A program made the position numbers and the translations under genes. Below the pieces are notes generated by a model. It was not told where the DNA came from and did not search any database. It was given only the letters and a program-made list of their open reading frames with translations. From Lingula anatina (Eukaryota; Animalia; Brachiopoda): a stretch of DNA of 64,000 nucleotides. The stretch lies in the NCBI GenBank assembly GCA_051362555.1, contig CM120643.1:18418848-18482847 (forward strand), in the 5' to 3' direction. Shown in pieces: positions 60,717 to 64,000 of the stretch. Position 1 is the stretch's first letter. Each line of letters opens with the position of its first letter.

Positions 60717-63700
60717 AAAGCAGAAGACACACGTGCTATTTCATGGACTTCAGAACGCGAAGTCTTAAGGGATATTTCCTTAGTAGTCACTGCACCCGAT
60801 AGTCTGAGGTAATTGTGTCAAATTTACAAATTGTTAAGCTGGTTCTTTAGTTTGAAATTTTCTTTTAATCAGTTAATAAATATTTATAACCACTCCAGTT
60901 ACTTTCTCATCTTGCATAGAACTCTCATGTCAAACCACAGGGGTGATTTTTAAATATCATTTGTGGTTTTATAAATTAGCGGCTAAGCTTGAGTGCGCGA
61001 GACTGATTCTTTTAAAACATGATGACGAAAGTTTAGTATAATTTAGAATATATTTGCATAACAAGAAAAAAACACAACCTGAGTGCTAAATACAGTATTT
61101 GGCACATGGATGCTTCGATGACAGGGCTACAGTTAAAATCTTATGTCCCCTCTGTGCACAACAATGTCAAAGATTGACCCAATCTTTGTGAAGGCCCTGT
61201 CGACTTCTGTTAGCCAAGCTAGGCCTCGCGTACAAACACAGAAACTTTGATATATGCTAGTTAAGGACTTTTTAAAAAATGTTCTAGGGGCAATATTCAT
61301 CCCATTAAATGAACTTAACTTCACATGACTTAGGCCTATTTTCGCGTTGGCATTAAAACTTTTCAGCACCAAAAATAATGCAAAATGGTGCCCTAAACAC
61401 TGAAATCATTTTTTTCTCATTTTACATTTGTGGCACCAACTCCATGACCTACTTGTGTAAGGTTGATTATCTGCTATTGCATATGGTGCAGTCCGCTCTG
61501 ATGAGCTCCCGTCTGGTATTTTTGAAATGCAAGAGCCAAAAAACACATGTATGAGCATAAAATGTTGATATCCTAAATATCTGTCTGTATGTTAACTAAT
61601 TATTTTGCATGATTGAATATTCTGCTTTGCCCTCATCTTACTTCGAGTTACACTTGCAGTTAATTTCGGCACTTTCCAAGGGCGCATTTGTTGAAAAGAA
61701 TACAACTTGGTTAAACTTCTTGACCTAATTCTGAAGACCACTCTGTAATATGAGAATTTCAGATTAGACAGTAACCTTTTTTCTCTTCAGCCTTCAGTGT
61801 ACAGGAAAAAAACTTCCACTTTAAACGCAAGAAGAACCTCATGAGCGAATATGGCCTATATAAAAACCACAATTATTCTCAAACGATGCTTCGCATATCT
61901 GCTTCAACTATATATTGCATTTGTTGAGAAGCTGTCATCGCAACCCTAATTAACTTATCTAACACAATCTAATGAATTTTTCCCTGTTGACAAAAAGGGT
62001 GAATTGGCAAAGATTTAAAAGTTATAAAGATTTAAAAGTCCCATGCAATAGCTTATCATGACAATTTCCTTCACTTATCTTGACTGACAGGTTACCATGA
62101 CGCTACCTCCAAGTGCCCATTCACTTGCACACAATAAAAAAACTACATGAAATGCCAAGTTCATTTCTCCGATTTTCCTCATGCATAAAGGTGTTTTGAA
62201 TGTTTCCTAATGTATACCGTAGAAAAATTAAATGGTATTTGCCTTTATTATCAAAACAGGAAAAACACCGATAATTTAATGGTGGGTTTCGGTAGGACCT
62301 ATGCAAAATAAACATTTATGTATTCGATTTCTGATAATTCTTCTGCGTTATTAACTTCAACTGTTGTGATGTTTATCGTGATACAAGGTTCTTGGACTTA
62401 ACATGGCAAACAATGTTGTGTAGTCCTAGTAATTACTGAGGTTTTTATTCTTCATTTACCTGGATTATATTGACCAAATACGGAGACATTATCCAGAGAA
62501 TTGGGAAAGCCGATTTGAAACAGAGGATGTTGGAAAAAATTCGATTTCCTTAATTTTTCAAGACAAGGATATAGGTATTTTTTCAACAGATATCTTTTGA
62601 ACAATTATCTCTCGGAACTGAAACGTCAAAATTTGTAGAAAAGCTTCTTGTCGCGTTTAGCGTCTGTTAATGCATTTGGGTAGCCCCCAGGGGCATAACA
62701 AAAGATGTAATTAGAACCTTTCTGATTTCAACATGAACATACATACAATTGAAAGACAATTGAAGTCCAAAAAAAAAAGCACTTCCAAATAAATATTGTG
62801 TCGGTTTTGAAGCGTATGCCGTCTCCTGTTGTACATCAACGGAGAGCGAAGGAAAGTTACCATCAGTATTCTGAAACTTGGGGTGTGCGAACCTGGTGTA
62901 CATTATGTGTGCGCCAGGAGCGCTCTAGATTTTGATGACACGCCACTGAGTATTGCCAATTTAAACAAAACAGTATAACTTTGATTTAAGTGCACACTTT
63001 ATCTCATTTTATACATAAGTTTTATATTCACGCCAGGACGTAAACGCTTATGAATATCTGAATGCTCCAGAGTATTTGTTATTCTGTGGTAAATCCATAT
63101 TTTTGTTGTGTCAGGTACCTCTGCTATTACACAGATGGGATGCAATGAAAATGTACACTTCCTTCAGCACGGTAGTCTGAAGACGGTTTGTGTTAAAACG
63201 ATGCTGAAGGCGGACCTGGCTGCCTAGGTTATGCACACATGTTTGTCATTAAGATATATCTGACAAAACTCGATCACTGCCCAAATACATTATCCCAAAG
63301 TTCATCTTCTTCTTGCTGGATCCGATTATTCATTAGCCTCATGGATGAGCGATAACTAGTAGGTAAAAAAAAGAGCACTTATGTTTGATATCTAAATACG
63401 TTGCCAGCTTTTGATCCCTGTACAAACAGATCGTTCTCGTTCTGTGACTTTTTCTGGCATATCAGGTTGTTCATTAGTTTTTCAAATTACTCGATAAATA
63501 GTCGGTCTTAGTGCATTAATGAGAAGAACGCTCTAAGGAAAGCAGACTTTTCACCGGTGTGTTATTTTCAAAAATATAAATCATTGTTTTTGTATGGAGG
63601 CGCACTCACCCACTTATCAGAACTGTTCTTAATTAAAACAGCCTATTAAAATTTTGTGTTTGAATGGAAAGGACATCTAAATTTACGACTAAGATAAAAT

Positions 63701-64000
63701 TTGAGCCATCAAGGATCATCAAAGGGCGAAAGGGCGATCATCTTCTGGAATCATCCTTAGCGGAGTAGCCTGAAAAACTTTATTACTTTTCTTTTTTTTA
63801 AATGGCAGCGCAACATAGTTTTTTTTATTCTAAGACAAAGCTGTCTTGTTAGGCACTGATTTATTAAAATGCAAACAGTTCTAAATTTAACCGTTATTCG
63901 AAAAAACTATTTTGTGTCCCTTTTGCTGCAAGGTAGACTCGGGGCTTAATGGCATTTAACACAACCTGATGCCCACTCCAAGCTTGCTTCATAAAACTTG

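Noticed and set aside
59960-63360. Scattered exon-like GC-richer patches (about 60023-60103, 62667-62960, 63115-63230)
   Set aside because: No consistent splice-site pairs with an open frame or recognisable homology. They may be UTR exons or transposon debris.

Overview
Eukaryotic, AT-rich, intron-containing genomic DNA from an invertebrate animal. A lophotrochozoan/mollusc-like origin is inferred from the protein sequences; the species cannot be identified from this window. Manual splice reconstruction supports four protein-coding genes. (1) The 3' part of a CHD6/7/8/9 (Kismet-type) chromatin remodeler on +, 24 exons, ending at 14250. (2) A complete 22-exon p107/p130-type retinoblastoma-like gene on + (19378-49198, ~1044 aa) with an E2F/CCAAT promoter and one GC-AG intron. 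(3) An orphan predicted secreted protein on - (52484-53410). (4) A two-exon peritrophin/mucin-like gene on - (54576-57507) with eight type-2 chitin-binding domains and a probable GPI signal. There is also a Harbinger-type MITE, a Helitron/Helentron-type non-autonomous element, and several mini- and microsatellites. The most unusual region is RBL introns 4-6 (11.5, 3.4 and 3.2 kb). These introns carry a dense cluster of CAGGT/5'-splice-site-like motifs, recursive-splice-like AG|GT junctions, a candidate in-frame 9-nt microexon, strong stem-loops (one enclosing a 5' splice site) and complementary (AC)n/(GT)n tracts. Together they suggest an uncharacterised splicing-control or enhancer module. 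Also notable are the CHD-RBL adjacency, which mirrors human CHD9-RBL2, and decayed intronic copies of exon ends in both genes. All coordinates were counted by hand and no database searches were run.
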